Shown one piece after another: positions 9,101 to 17,790 of a DNA stretch of 64,000 nt (positions are counted from its first letter, which is position 1; every line of letters begins with the position of its first letter). The notes beneath the pieces were generated by a model that made no database searches, was not told where the DNA came from, and saw only the letters and a list, made by a program, of their open reading frames with translations. The translations under genes were made by a program, and so were the position numbers. Source of the DNA: Patescibacteria group bacterium (lineage in GTDB: Bacteria; Patescibacteriota; UBA1384; CAJBMM01); NCBI GenBank assembly GCA_041660565.1, contig JBAZWC010000001.1, positions 366,481-430,480 of the forward strand, in the 5' to 3' direction.

Positions 9101-12100
9101 AACACGTAGGTAGTTTTGTACTCCGGAAGTATTAATCGCCACAATACCGGTGGTTGGTTGCAAGGCAAGGTTAGTGGCAGCTGGGGTAACGATGGTGCCA
9201 ATTGATAACACATCGCCAGCAGTGGCAGTGGATATTGTAGTACCACTCCTGGACCAATATCCTACCGATCCGGTGCTAGACGCCACTAGAGTGCCGGCAA
9301 TAGTTAAATTACCCGCAGAATCAAGTTTAAATATTGACACTCCACCAACCTGCCAATTTGCCAAGTCTGCCGCAGAACCGGCTCCGCTTCCCGGAGCATT
9401 CATGCCAAAATAAGTACCACCATTTGCAGCAGCATTTCCACCAACTATGGCGCTACCAACCTGAATTACTGACGCCGTAGATGATGCAGCCGGCACCGTG
9501 GATACAACCAACGAAGTACCAGAGACTTGATTAAACGTACCGGTTGACGCGGTCAATACTCCACCGGTGATAGTGGCGGTGCCATCGGTAAGTGTACCAC
9601 CTTGAATAGTGCCGGTGGCGGTTACGGACGCGCCCGAAACTCCACCAGTAGCGCTAAACGATGCCGCAGAAACCGCTCCAGAGAACGATCCGGTGGTACC
9701 ACCTGCGATAGATCCGGTATTAATAATTCCTGTAGAATTTAGATTCAATCCGCCAGCTGTAACTGTGACTCCACCAGCGGTAACCGCAAGACCGCCAGCA
9801 GTTATCCCAATTCCTCCACTGGTGACTGTAAGCAACCCGGTAAAGTTAGAGGTGCCGTTGACATCAAATTTGTATGCTCCAGGTGCGGCACCAACCCCAA
9901 TATTCCCACCGTCTGTGCCCAAAATAATATTGCCAGTGCTTACATCACCAAGTGTGATTGTACCGGTGCCTTTGGCATTAATGGTAAGGTTTTCATTGGC
10001 GGCAGATGAAATCGTCGAAATATCAGCTCCGGATCCTGCCGCTTTGGCGGTAATCTTAATTCCGGTTGCCGCGCTGGCCGCTGAGGAATCAACCTGTAGC
10101 GAGTAATACGTTGAAGTAGTGGACGGTGCCACTATTAACGCGGTTGCCGAAGCATCTGAAGTGATAAGTGAACCCACTTTAAGAGTAGCGTAGGTTGATG
10201 CGCCAAGCCTTGAATACAAATCAAACCTGTCTGAGGCACCGGTCCATTGCAACGCTGCATAAGTACTTTTAACCGGGCCAAGATAAAACTGAATCTGCTG
10301 GCTATCAACATTGTCGGTAGCTTGATTGGTATCAATTGTAAACGACAATGACGATGTTCCATTCACGTTTGTTGACCCAATGTTTAGATTGTCAAAATAA
10401 CCGGTGTCAAAGTGCGCGGAGGACGATCCTAAATTAATCCCTGCCCCAGTTGGCACGATACTGGAATTCGTAGCAATGTTTGACCCGGATAATGTTAGAG
10501 CGGTCGACCCACCCACACTTAAAGTGGCGCCGGTTACTGAACCAAGGGATACGATGTTACCGGCAGAATCGATGGTGGCCACGTTACTACCGTTACCTTG
10601 AACCTGAAACTTTCCCGTAGATCCAGTAGCGATGTTGACACTAAAGTTGGCATCGGTAGCGGTATTCGACAAAACAACAGTAAGATCCCTGGCATCGGAA
10701 GTGGTGATTGTATTACCGTTTTCGTATGCTGCTTGCAATGTGGCACCAGAACCTACCCCTGCGCAAGACCCAAACACCGGAGTACCTGACCCATCTGCGA
10801 CTAAACATTGCCCGGATACACCAGCCGCCGTTACGCTAACATTGCCTGTACCATTACCGTACATAACCCCTTTACTGGTAATAGTGGTTAGCCCTGTGCC
10901 GCCATGCTGAACATCAATTGCCGAGCCTTGCCAACTACCAGATGTAATTGGCGATCCGAAAGCAAAACCCGCTCCTGCGCCTGTAGCCGTAAAGGTAGTC
11001 AGCCCATTTGCCGCTACCGTGGTTGTGTAATAGTTGCTGTTATCATACTTAACTGTTAATTGTGGTGCGGTGGTTGAGGTAATAGTAACTGGCACCGAGA
11101 AATCACCGCCCGAGCTGCTACCGATAAACGCGCCTGCAATATTAACATTTCCGTCTTTATCTACCTTGAATTTAGATACTCCATTGCCTTGAAGATTGAT
11201 AAAGTCAGCTGCCGATCCGGCACCAGATGCGGGAGCATTTACACTGATATACGTACCTCCGTTGGCTGCCGCATTGCCGCCAACTAAGGCATTGCCAATT
11301 TGGATGACCGAAGATGTGGCCGATGCAGCGGGGAGAGTAGAAACCACCATTGAATTACCTGAAACTTGATTCAAATTGAGAGAAGTGGCGGTGATGGCAC
11401 CACCCGTAATTGTCGCTGTTCCATCAGTCAAAGTACCGCCCTGAACCGTACCTGTTGCGGTTACCGATGCACCGGAAATTCCACCAGTAGAAGTAAGCGA
11501 ACCGACAGTGACCGGCTTAGCAAACGTAAACGCTGCCCCCGCTCCCGCCCCATTAAATGTGGTAGCGCCATTGGCAGCAACCGAAGCGGTAAAGTAGTTT
11601 GACGCATCATATCCCACAGTCAATTGTGGAGTAGTAGTAGAAGTTACAGATATTGGAGAAGTAAACTCTCCTGAGGAAGACCCGCCTGACATGACCGTCC
11701 CCGATATGGTAAGGTTTCCACTCGAATCAACTTTAAAGATCGAAGTGCCACCAACTTGTAAATTTATCATGTCACCGACATAACCAGCCGTACTGTTGAC
11801 TCCAAGGTAAGTGCCACTGGCGTTGCCACCAGTGATTGGCGATCCAAGCTGTAGTAATGAGGCGGCATTTGAGGCAACCGGCGCGCTCGAAATTGACACG
11901 GAACCACTAGTGTTACTGTAAATGACGCTGCTTGCACCAGTGCCCGGCTCCATATTCTGCAACTTGTCCGAGTTGATAGCACTGGCAACCGTGCCCAACT
12001 GACGGCGCGGAACTAATTCCGGGTCGGTCCCAATACGAATACCGATAAATAGGTTGTTCGATGAAAAGTCGAGCGAGGATGAAAATGCGGTAGATGATCC

Positions 12101-12604
12101 CAGCAATGTGTACAAAATACCGTTTTTGGCTGCAATAGTTTTAGTTTCAGTCCATAGAGCAGTATCGGAATTGGATGGATACGGATCAGCTGTGGTGCGA
12201 TCGGTGGCGTAAATGCTGTAACGCACGGTGTAATTGCCATCGTCAATAGGAGTTCGGGTGCTAGGTTGAATAACGCGTAAAGTAAGAGGGATCTGACGTG
12301 CCGTAGCCGCTTGCACTTTTGTTGTAACAGGTAAATATGCCATGTTGGACAAAAGCATCGTCAGAATAATGGCGGCTATCCCAACAACCCCTCCGGGCGT
12401 ATGCCCTACGGGCTGGAGCCTAATCACCCTTACAGCCCTTACGACCCCCCTTGTATTTCCACCTAAGGATGAGCAAAGGATCGCAAGGGATTGGCAAAGG
12501 GAGACAAAAGAGAAACCAACGCTTACGCGACCTTCTCGATTATGAGCAGGCTCTACACGTTTTGACCAGCGTGCAGATAGGTTTATTAACTTAGGAAATC
12601 TCAA
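6161..12604 (-). CDS. Giant fibrous surface protein (2147 aa), Gly/Thr/Ser/Ala-rich, with an embedded phage tail-fibre intramolecular chaperone (peptidase S74-like) domain and intragenic repeats
   Basis: SSLKYKTDITTKVIDSSAILSLRPVNFTW…DFGLIAEETDQHVPDLVIRNAAGEITGVKYNQLAVLYLPILQ (about 7200-7470) matches the endosialidase-chaperone (S74) pattern. Two families of roughly 120-aa internal repeats. TTG start with an AGAGGGGAG Shine-Dalgarno 6 nt upstream and a TTACAT-17-TATAAT promoter. Long basic-then-hydrophobic N-terminus resembles an extended signal peptide. Confidence 0.8.
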   Translation of the reverse strand: MRFPKLINLSARWSKRVEPAHNREGRVSVGFSFVSLCQSLAILCSSLGGNTRGVVRAVRVIRLQPVGHTPGGVVGIAAIILTMLLSNMAYLPVTTKVQAATARQIPLTLRVIQPSTRTPIDDGNYTVRYSIYATDRTTADPYPSNSDTALWTETKTIAAKNGILYTLLGSSTAFSSSLDFSSNNLFIGIRIGTDPELVPRRQLGTVASAINSDKLQNMEPGTGASSVIYSNTSGSVSISSAPVASNAASLLQLGSPITGGNASGTYLGVNSTAGYVGDMINLQVGGTSIFKVDSSGNLTISGTVMSGGSSSGEFTSPISVTSTTTPQLTVGYDASNYFTASVAANGATTFNGAGAGAAFTFAKPVTVGSLTSTGGISGASVTATGTVQGGTLTDGTATITGGAITATSLNLNQVSGNSMVVSTLPAASATSSVIQIGNALVGGNAAANGGTYISVNAPASGAGSAADFINLQGNGVSKFKVDKDGNVNIAGAFIGSSSGGDFSVPVTITSTTAPQLTVKYDNSNYYTTTVAANGLTTFTATGAGAGFAFGSPITSGSWQGSAIDVQHGGTGLTTITSKGVMYGNGTGNVSVTAAGVSGQCLVADGSGTPVFGSCAGVGSGATLQAAYENGNTITTSDARDLTVVLSNTATDANFSVNIATGSTGKFQVQGNGSNVATIDSAGNIVSLGSVTGATLSVGGSTALTLSGSNIATNSSIVPTGAGINLGSSSAHFDTGYFDNLNIGSTNVNGTSSLSFTIDTNQATDNVDSQQIQFYLGPVKSTYAALQWTGASDRFDLYSRLGASTYATLKVGSLITSDASATALIVAPSTTSTYYSLQVDSSAASAATGIKITAKAAGSGADISTISSAANENLTINAKGTGTITLGDVSTGNIILGTDGGNIGVGAAPGAYKFDVNGTSNFTGLLTVTSGGIGITAGGLAVTAGGVTVTAGGLNLNSTGIINTGSIAGGTTGSFSGAVSAASFSATGGVSGASVTATGTIQGGTLTDGTATITGGVLTASTGTFNQVSGTSLVVSTVPAASSTASVIQVGSAIVGGNAAANGGTYFGMNAPGSGAGSAADLANWQVGGVSIFKLDSAGNLTIAGTLVASSTGSVGYWSRSGTTISTATAGDVLSIGTIVTPAATNLALQPTTGIVAINTSGVQNYLRVYDSAGTKYAELTHDGTNAVISSSSGELQLTGSGTSQFILGSTGTAVNLLFQESSTLGGADGGGKTITVGNGADVFNLNVATVTYNVATLTAATGLVVNNSGNTSTALLVNAATGQSANLLDLQVNSVSKFSISAAGASTSTGSTIVGNQSITGNLAVASSNTTQTGTSAGMSVQGNSLTTGNLVDVSSSSLTSGNLANLAVTSTAGTASGSGKALNIAVSGANANTAFTAYGLYSSVTNTNATSGTNVAAYLTASGATTANYALQIAAGQLISQSNGAASTPAALLTGTWFSGGDATTTKPQLLVEPAGTTSTGWSTAGTGIGVNAATGFTGNLIDAQLNGVSKFAVSSAGVITAAGTINGATISGGTLSGGTYSGTASTGAAAYSLIAQGGDVNLQASTGIANINMASAQNYLRVYASDNTDYVQLTHDGTDGIISSSSGNLILQGTGTNQLLLGASGNASNLVFAENSSITSTGGKTITVGTGTDIVNLNTAGVTYNVTELTAAAGLTVTGNATITGTLDATLAAAGAGTALVLNGTSIIPQSSSLKYKTDITTKVIDSSAILSLRPVNFTWNQNSSTPGLQDFGLIAEETDQHVPDLVIRNAAGEITGVKYNQLAVLYLPILQSHDAFITDATPKINSLLTTTASLQSQINNMATVITTTTLNATTITAGTVNAGSVVIRSANAADTALAISAAQDQTGDLLSIKNSSSVSVFTVDVTGKIASGNSLPGVPIVGVDPNSGTVAGDLTSATSALKPSIDAGLNIKIAAGSVYTSDSISSPTKISRCVVNSDSSLALDASSIEYVYLTASGTASTTGQACEVHKSVDLPAYNANYPTVVIAKATTGINTVSNIVDTRFFIGGTFVYTNTAAATEPASAVINDTSADNQVKQTGVASMTGAAGVIVVGNSASGQAIMMTNGQAYVKAIFGAVRNTCAVTSTTAGAVDSTEIGAVNSCFGAVKTNASNILPSVLINISLN

Positions 12605-12637
12605 ATGGTTCTCCCCTCTTATGAGACTTACTAGTTA

Positions 12638-12666
12638 ATTATATATAATCCAGCTAGATAATGTAA
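12638..12666 (-). promoter_or_regulatory. Sigma-70-type promoter (TTACAT-17-TATAAT) for the giant gene
   Basis: Minus-strand -35 box at 12661-12666 and -10 box at 12638-12643, about 35 nt upstream of the TTG start. Confidence 0.5.
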
Positions 12667-12861
12667 GAGCATTTTTGCGCTTAAATTGAGCACAAATATC
12701 GCGCAATAATTTGCGCAAAAGGAATGGATCGGTTTATTTGAACAAAATATAACGTTTTTGAGCCTGTCAATACCAGTTATCCACAGGTAGTCGGCAGCAC
12801 ACGGCTTAATTTGAAATTGTTTCTTGTTCTGCTATGATAAAATCACTGAACGAGAAAACAT

Positions 12862-13122
12862 ATGTTAGACATTGTCAACCCATCACAAATAAATCAACTT
12901 AATTCTCGAGTTAATCAGGTATCCTTGTCTGCATCGATATCGCTGATTATAACCTCTGCCATCCTTACGCTGGTTTTTGTCGGAGGTACTGCATTTTACG
13001 TTTACGGCAATAAATATCCCGGTAACGCTTCTGAGATAATCAATTCCAGAAACAAAAATAACACCGACGCTGGTGCTAATTTAACAAATTCAAACTACCT
13101 GGTCCCGCCAGGACCACAATAG
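12862..13122 (+). CDS. Small hypothetical membrane protein
   Basis: Single TM segment. Divergent from the giant-gene promoter region. Weak support. Confidence 0.3.
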   Translation: MLDIVNPSQINQLNSRVNQVSLSASISLIITSAILTLVFVGGTAFYVYGNKYPGNASEIINSRNKNNTDAGANLTNSNYLVPPGPQ

Positions 13123-13123
13123 T

Positions 13124-13240
13124 AAGCACTAAATTCGAAGCACCAAGCACTAAATAAATCGTAAATACAAAATTCAAAGCTTAAAATTTGGAATTTTGGA
13201 TTTGTTTCGAGTTTAGAATTTCGAGCTTAGTGCTTTTCGT
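13124..13240. repeat. Long imperfect palindrome of the AAGCAC / GTGCTT repeat family, between a plus-strand gene end and the tRNA-Val 3' end
   Basis: aagcactaaattcgaagcaccaagcacta … tttagaatttcgagcttagtgctt. Related copies at about 4615-4655, 5115-5150, 53375-53410 and 59283-59320. Confidence 0.5.
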
Positions 13241-13242
13241 CT

Positions 13243-13319
13243 TGGTGGAACCGAGTGGACTCGAACCACTGACCCCCACAATGTCAATGTGATGCTCTAA
13301 CCAACTGAGCTACGGCTCC
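13243..13319 (-). tRNA. tRNA-Val (anticodon GAC), CCA encoded
   Basis: Reverse complement GGAGCCGTAGCTCAGTTGGTTAGAGCATCACATTGACATTGTGGGGGTCAGTGGTTCGAGTCCACTCGGTTCCACCA. Cloverleaf with GTTCGAGTC T-loop and anticodon loop TTGACAT. Confidence 0.85.
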
Positions 13320-13405
13320 ATTATTACGATTATAACATAAAAACGCATAAGTTGAAACATGTGGCTCCAGAGCCACCCCTACACCCCTAACCACCCAAAC
13401 TTACC

Positions 13406-13891
13406 CTAACGTACTACCACTTTTCCCGTCTGAGCGGGATTGTAGCGATTATAGTACCCAAAAGTGCCAGTCTTACTAAAACTAACATCTGCACTGCTTC
13501 CCACAGTAATAATGCCAATATTCAATGGCAGATAATCTGTGTTAGTAGGATTAGGATTACTAGATAAGTTTAGTTCGTTACTACTACTATTCACAAAATG
13601 AACAGTCTGGTTTTTACTTACGCTGATTGTCGCCGGCGAGAATCCGTCTTTACTAAAAGTAACTTGGTTTTCATAAACTATCGTACTTGCGGAGGGCGAT
13701 GGGCTCGAAGCCGAACTAGGACTATTTGTACTAATTGAGCTCGGATTTGGCGAGCTAGTAACCCGATCAAACGTATTAGGAGTCGGTGAAGGCATTGGTA
13801 CCGGGTTTTTATTTAAATTACTGTAAGCTAACCACAATCCCGCAATGATTATGACTAAGTAAATTAGTAAATTTAGATTCTTATTTTTCAT
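13406..13891 (-). CDS. Secreted or membrane-anchored protein with Ser/Pro-rich linker and cupredoxin-like beta domain (no Cu ligands evident)
   Basis: N-terminal hydrophobic anchor, S/P-rich linker, C-terminal beta-rich domain ending GKVVVR. Confidence 0.45.
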   Translation of the reverse strand: MKNKNLNLLIYLVIIIAGLWLAYSNLNKNPVPMPSPTPNTFDRVTSSPNPSSISTNSPSSASSPSPSASTIVYENQVTFSKDGFSPATISVSKNQTVHFVNSSSNELNLSSNPNPTNTDYLPLNIGIITVGSSADVSFSKTGTFGYYNRYNPAQTGKVVVR

Positions 13892-13897
13892 AATTTA

Positions 13898-13985
13898 GGA
13901 CTGTTAGGGTTGTTAGGGAAGTTAGGGCAGTTGGGAAAACCATTAACACCCCCAACCACCCCTAACACCCCTAATTCCCCTTATA
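13898..13985. repeat. TTAGGG-repeat / CCCTAA-repeat imperfect palindrome (G4-capable on both strands) downstream of a four-helix-bundle gene
   Basis: ctgttagggttgttagggaagttagggcagttggg-aaaaccattaacaccc-ccaaccacccctaacacccctaattcccc. Confidence 0.6.
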
Positions 13986-14507
13986 CTTTTGGTTTTTCCT
14001 TTCATTAAACAGTTTTTCACTGTAGCCACCTTCGTTTTTGAATTTTTCTTCCAGACTTGTAATTTGTTTACCCAACAGAAATGTAGTCTGGTTTATAAAT
14101 GTTATCAGCATATTTGCGGCAATTTTAGGGTCACTGGGAAGATCGGGAGTATTAAGGTGACCTAGGTCTACCCAAACTGCCCTAAACTCCCTAAATCCCC
14201 TTACAATTTCATGGTCTTTCCCCAACAGTTCTAGGTTCCTTTGGCGTAAAAAATCTTGATAATCTAACAACAGTTCTTCCTGTGACGCTTTGGCAACCCC
14301 AGTTAGTTTGATATACATTTTCAGTGATTTTTCCACAGAGCCCTCGGCAATGTTTTGTCTGCCACTTCGAGCAGCTTGAATCATTTGCTCTACTAATCTA
14401 CCATATTCTTTACCAGCCAAAAATTTCTGGCAAAAAATTACCGTTAAATCGTATACAATTGTTGCCATTTTAAATGAAGCTAAATTTTTGTAGCCTGATT
14501 GGGGCAT
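13971..14507 (-). CDS. Four-helix-bundle protein (Avd / 23S rRNA IVS protein family) with C-terminal extension
   Basis: …AARSGRQNIAEGSVEKS…EELLLDYQDFLRQRNLELLGKD. Conserved core of about 110 aa. The C-terminal roughly 65 aa overlaps a copy of the GGG/CCC repeat (14140-14200) and may be a read-through. Confidence 0.7.
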   Translation of the reverse strand: MPQSGYKNLASFKMATIVYDLTVIFCQKFLAGKEYGRLVEQMIQAARSGRQNIAEGSVEKSLKMYIKLTGVAKASQEELLLDYQDFLRQRNLELLGKDHEIVRGFREFRAVWVDLGHLNTPDLPSDPKIAANMLITFINQTTFLLGKQITSLEEKFKNEGGYSEKLFNERKNQKYKGN

Positions 14508-14515
14508 TTGGTCCT

Positions 14516-14592
14516 TTTAGGGTAGTTTGGGACGTTAGGGTTGTTGGGAGAATAACCACCCCTAACACCCCTTACCGCTCTAACAACCCTTA
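14516..14592. repeat. TTAGGG/CCCTAA imperfect palindrome upstream of the four-helix-bundle gene
   Basis: tttagggtagtttgggacgttagggttgttggg-agaataacc-acccctaacaccccttaccgctctaacaacccttac. Confidence 0.6.
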
Positions 14593-17220
14593 CGTAACTT
14601 TAAACCTAATTTGCTCTTTCACCAAATCAACCTTAATTGTTCCACCAGTATTTATTTCTCCGCGGACAATCATCTGTGAGATTGGATTAAGTAGCTGGTT
14701 CTCAATTACCCTTTTTAGCGGCCGAGCACCGTAACGACTATCATAACCGATTTTGGCTAAGTGATCTTTGACCTGTTTGGACACCACTAAATTAATATGC
14801 TGTTTATTAAGACGTATTAGTACTAAATTGAGCTGAATATCGACAATTTTGACCAGTTGCTCGGGTTTTAACGGATTAAAGATTATTACGTCATCTAATC
14901 GGTTCAAAAATTCAGGCTTAAAATGTTCTTTAAGTACCTCATCAATTTTTTCTTCCAGCTTCACCTCTTCTTCGGCCTCTGCGCTATCACCAGACACAAA
15001 CCCGAGTCGCTTAATGCCACTTTCAGAAGCGTATTGTTGCATAATGTCCGATCCCAAGTTACTGGTTAAGATAATTACGCAATTCTTAAAATCTACATTA
15101 CGACCCTTGGCGTCAGTCAATCTGCCGTCATCCAAAATCTGCAACAAGATACTGAATACATCGGGATGCGCTTTTTCGATTTCATCAAGCAGCACCACAC
15201 TATACGGCCGGCGACGGATCATCTCGGTTAACTGCCCACCTTCTTCGTACCCCACATACCCTGGTGGCGAACCAACCATACGTGAAACAGCGTGTTTCTC
15301 CATATATTCGGACATATCAAGGCGCACCAATGCCGATTCGTCATTAAACAGTGCTTCGGCCAGTGCCTTAACCAGCTCGGTTTTCCCCACGCCGGTTGGC
15401 CCCAAAAAGATGAATGATGCAATCGGGCGCTTCTCTTCACTTAACCCAGCTCGCGAGCGTCTGATAGCATTTGCCACTGTTGTGATGGCCTCTTCTTGAC
15501 CTACCACCCTGTGCGCTAAAATTGACTCCAAATCGTTAAGTTTAGCAAGCTCTCCGGACAACATTTTGGTCACCGGCACGCCGGTCCACCGCGCCACTAC
15601 CGCTGCAATATCGTCCTCGGTTACCTTTTCTTTGAGCATTTTGGCACTTTTTGGTAGCTGTTCTAGCCGAACGTTCTCTTTTTGAATTTCTTTTTCCAAT
15701 TTGGGAATTTCGCCATAACGCAGACGCGCCACTTCCTCCAAATTGGCTTCGCGCTCGGCAGTGTCGGCGTTCGATTTTAGCACTTCAAGCATTTTGGATT
15801 TTTGTCGCACACTGGTGATAATAGACTTTTCTAACTGCCACTCGGCTTCCAAGGTTGATGACTTTTCTTTTAGCTCCGACAGCTCTTTTTGCAACTTTTC
15901 TAAACGATCTTTATTTGAAGCGTCATCATCATTTCGAATCGCTTCACGCTCAATTTCCAGTTGCATCACTTTGCGTTTAAGATGATCTAGCTCGGCCGGC
16001 ATCGAATCTACCTCCATGCGCAATGCCGATGTGGCCTCGTCAATCAAATCGATCGCTTTGTCTGGCAAAAATCGATCGGTAATGTAGCGGGCAGACAGTT
16101 CGACTGCTGCCACCAAGGCTGCGTCAGTAATATGCGTGCCATGATGCACTTCGTACTTTTCTTTCACACCTCGCATAATAGCGATGGCGTCTTCGATACT
16201 TGGCTCAGACACGTAAACCGGTTGAAATCGTCTGGCCAATGCTTGATCTTTTTCGATGTATTGTTGATATTCTTTCAGCGTGGTTGCCCCGATGGCGTGC
16301 AAAGTGCCTCGTGCTAGCGCCGGTTTAAGCAAATTGCTAGCGTCCATTGATCCTTCGGCCGCGCCGGCGCCAACCAAAGTGTGCAGCTCATCGATAAATA
16401 GAATAAATTTACCCTGCACCTCATCAATCGCTTTTAACACCGCTTTCAAACGTTCTTCAAAATCACCTCGGTGCTTAGCCCCGGCTAACATTGAGCCTAA
16501 ATCAAGCGACATTACTTGCCTGTCTTTAAGCGTTTCGGGCACATCACCGGAGACAATGCGGGTTGCCAACCCTTCCGCAATCGCTGTTTTACCCACACCC
16601 GGCTCACCAATTAAAACCGGATTATTTTTGGTCCGACGCGTGAGCACCTGCATCACCCGACGCACCTCTTCATCCCGGCCAATAACCGGATCAAGTTTGT
16701 TGTTTCGCGCCATATCACATAGGTTGATGGCGTATTTCTCTAAGGCTTGATATTTTTGCTCCGGGTCGGTTGATGTAACTCGCTCGGTGCCCCGAATAGT
16801 CGAGAGCGTTTGCAACATTAATTCGCGATTAATACCAAGTTTAGATAGAATTTGTTTTGCTTCAGACGATACCTCTAACATTGCCAATAGCAGGTGTTCA
16901 ATTGAAACATATTCATCGGTTAAGGTACGTGCCTCTTTTTCGGCTTGATTAAGCACGCGCACCAACGTTGGCGAGATCATAATTGAATTGGCCGCGCTTA
17001 GTTTAGGTAAATGCTCAAGCTGAGTTAATAAATCATCCCGAATCACGTCAAAATCTTTATTTACCGATTGAATTAGAGGGCGCATTAGATCTTCGCCAAC
17101 TTCTAAACTGGCGTAAAACAAATGCAGTGGTTCAATTTGGCTATGATGCAATTCACGCGCCAACTCTTCGGCGCGGGTTAAAACCGCCGCAGTTTTACTG
17201 GTAAATTTATTCGGATCCAT
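14590..17220 (-). CDS. clpB: ATP-dependent chaperone ClpB (AAA+ disaggregase, two nucleotide-binding domains)
   Basis: Clp N domain, Walker A motifs GEPGVGKT and GPTGVGKT, coiled-coil middle domain, 876 aa. Confidence 0.95.
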   Translation of the reverse strand: MDPNKFTSKTAAVLTRAEELARELHHSQIEPLHLFYASLEVGEDLMRPLIQSVNKDFDVIRDDLLTQLEHLPKLSAANSIMISPTLVRVLNQAEKEARTLTDEYVSIEHLLLAMLEVSSEAKQILSKLGINRELMLQTLSTIRGTERVTSTDPEQKYQALEKYAINLCDMARNNKLDPVIGRDEEVRRVMQVLTRRTKNNPVLIGEPGVGKTAIAEGLATRIVSGDVPETLKDRQVMSLDLGSMLAGAKHRGDFEERLKAVLKAIDEVQGKFILFIDELHTLVGAGAAEGSMDASNLLKPALARGTLHAIGATTLKEYQQYIEKDQALARRFQPVYVSEPSIEDAIAIMRGVKEKYEVHHGTHITDAALVAAVELSARYITDRFLPDKAIDLIDEATSALRMEVDSMPAELDHLKRKVMQLEIEREAIRNDDDASNKDRLEKLQKELSELKEKSSTLEAEWQLEKSIITSVRQKSKMLEVLKSNADTAEREANLEEVARLRYGEIPKLEKEIQKENVRLEQLPKSAKMLKEKVTEDDIAAVVARWTGVPVTKMLSGELAKLNDLESILAHRVVGQEEAITTVANAIRRSRAGLSEEKRPIASFIFLGPTGVGKTELVKALAEALFNDESALVRLDMSEYMEKHAVSRMVGSPPGYVGYEEGGQLTEMIRRRPYSVVLLDEIEKAHPDVFSILLQILDDGRLTDAKGRNVDFKNCVIILTSNLGSDIMQQYASESGIKRLGFVSGDSAEAEEEVKLEEKIDEVLKEHFKPEFLNRLDDVIIFNPLKPEQLVKIVDIQLNLVLIRLNKQHINLVVSKQVKDHLAKIGYDSRYGARPLKRVIENQLLNPISQMIVRGEINTGGTIKVDLVKEQIRFKVT

Positions 17221-17286
17221 ATTTTCCTCCCCATCCTATCGTAGCATAATCACAATGGCGTCCGTAAAGTAGGCGATCGACAAAAC

Positions 17287-17652
17287 TTACTTACGTATTC
17301 TTACTTCAAGCAAATTATGGTCTAAATTGATATTAATATCATCTACGGTGATGCCTGGAACCTCTGCCTCAATAATTACTTCTCTTTTAGTTTGATAAAC
17401 ATCAACAGCAATGTTTTTAGGCAGCTCGGGGATATCTTCTTCAATGATAAAGAGCTGTTCAATTGGCGCCTCAAAGAATCTTGAGATGGCGATGGCCACC
17501 GGTACCGATGGTACACATCGCCCGGATTCAAGCGAGATAATCGATTGTCGAGATATCCCAACCGCCTCAGCCAACGCCTCTTGCGTTAGCTCATGCAATT
17601 TGCGCATATCTCTAATGCGATTTTTAATTATCGTAATTTCTTCTTGGCTCAT
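17287..17652 (-). CDS. HTH-XRE DNA-binding domain fused to a truncated alpha-crystallin (Hsp20) domain; putative heat-shock regulator
   Basis: N-terminal LTQEALAEAVGISRQSIISLESG (XRE HTH). C-terminal VDVYQTKREVIIEAEVPGITVDDININLDHNLLEVRIRK matches the first beta-strands of the Hsp20 ACD. Immediately upstream of clpB. Confidence 0.75.
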   Translation of the reverse strand: MSQEEITIIKNRIRDMRKLHELTQEALAEAVGISRQSIISLESGRCVPSVPVAIAISRFFEAPIEQLFIIEEDIPELPKNIAVDVYQTKREVIIEAEVPGITVDDININLDHNLLEVRIRK

Positions 17653-17670
17653 TTTATTTCTTTTAGTAAC

Positions 17671-17790
17671 ATTGTAAAGTATGCTTTACATTTTTGTCAA
17701 TACGTTTTGCTTTATGTTTCTTGTTCGAGCGAATGCGAGAACTACCCAATTTTCCCTATACATCACGGAGTTCTCGTTGCACTCGAACAA
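17671..17790 (-). promoter_or_regulatory. Promoter (TTGACA-18-TACAAT) plus a 23-bp-arm imperfect palindrome (operator or terminator) upstream of the HTH-ACD/clpB unit
   Basis: Minus-strand -35 at 17695-17700 and -10 at 17671-17676. Palindrome arms cttgttcgagcgaatgcgagaac (17720-17742) and gagttctcgttgcactcgaacaa (17768-17790). Confidence 0.5.

Noticed and set aside
9609-10106. Plus-strand ORFs inside the giant genes (for example 7884-8198, 9609-10106, 10632-10910, 1647-2137)
   Set aside because: They are Pro/Val/Ala-rich antisense translations of Gly/Thr/Ser-rich coding sequence. They are fully nested in the long minus-strand ORFs.
7550-11500. Intragenic repeats of the giant gene as TR/VR pair
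   Set aside because: Copies are only about 70% identical, with substitutions at all four bases rather than adenine-specific changes. They are ancient duplications.
137-12604. Complete diversity-generating retroelement (target genes plus Avd plus TR plus RT)
   Set aside because: No ORF with reverse-transcriptase motifs is present in any frame. The region 1-136 and the 720-860 spacer do not match the 3' end of either giant gene. The idea is kept only as a hypothesis for sequence beyond the window edge.
13898-14592. TTAGGG repeats as telomere or the four-helix-bundle gene as a true 23S rRNA intervening sequence
   Set aside because: No rRNA sequence flanks the gene. The repeats are short inverted G-rich/C-rich arms on a bacterial chromosome, so they are hairpin or G4 elements, not telomeric arrays.
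14849-16750. Plus-strand ORFs 14849-15499 and 16280-16750
   Set aside because: Antisense to clpB. Ser-rich low-complexity translations.
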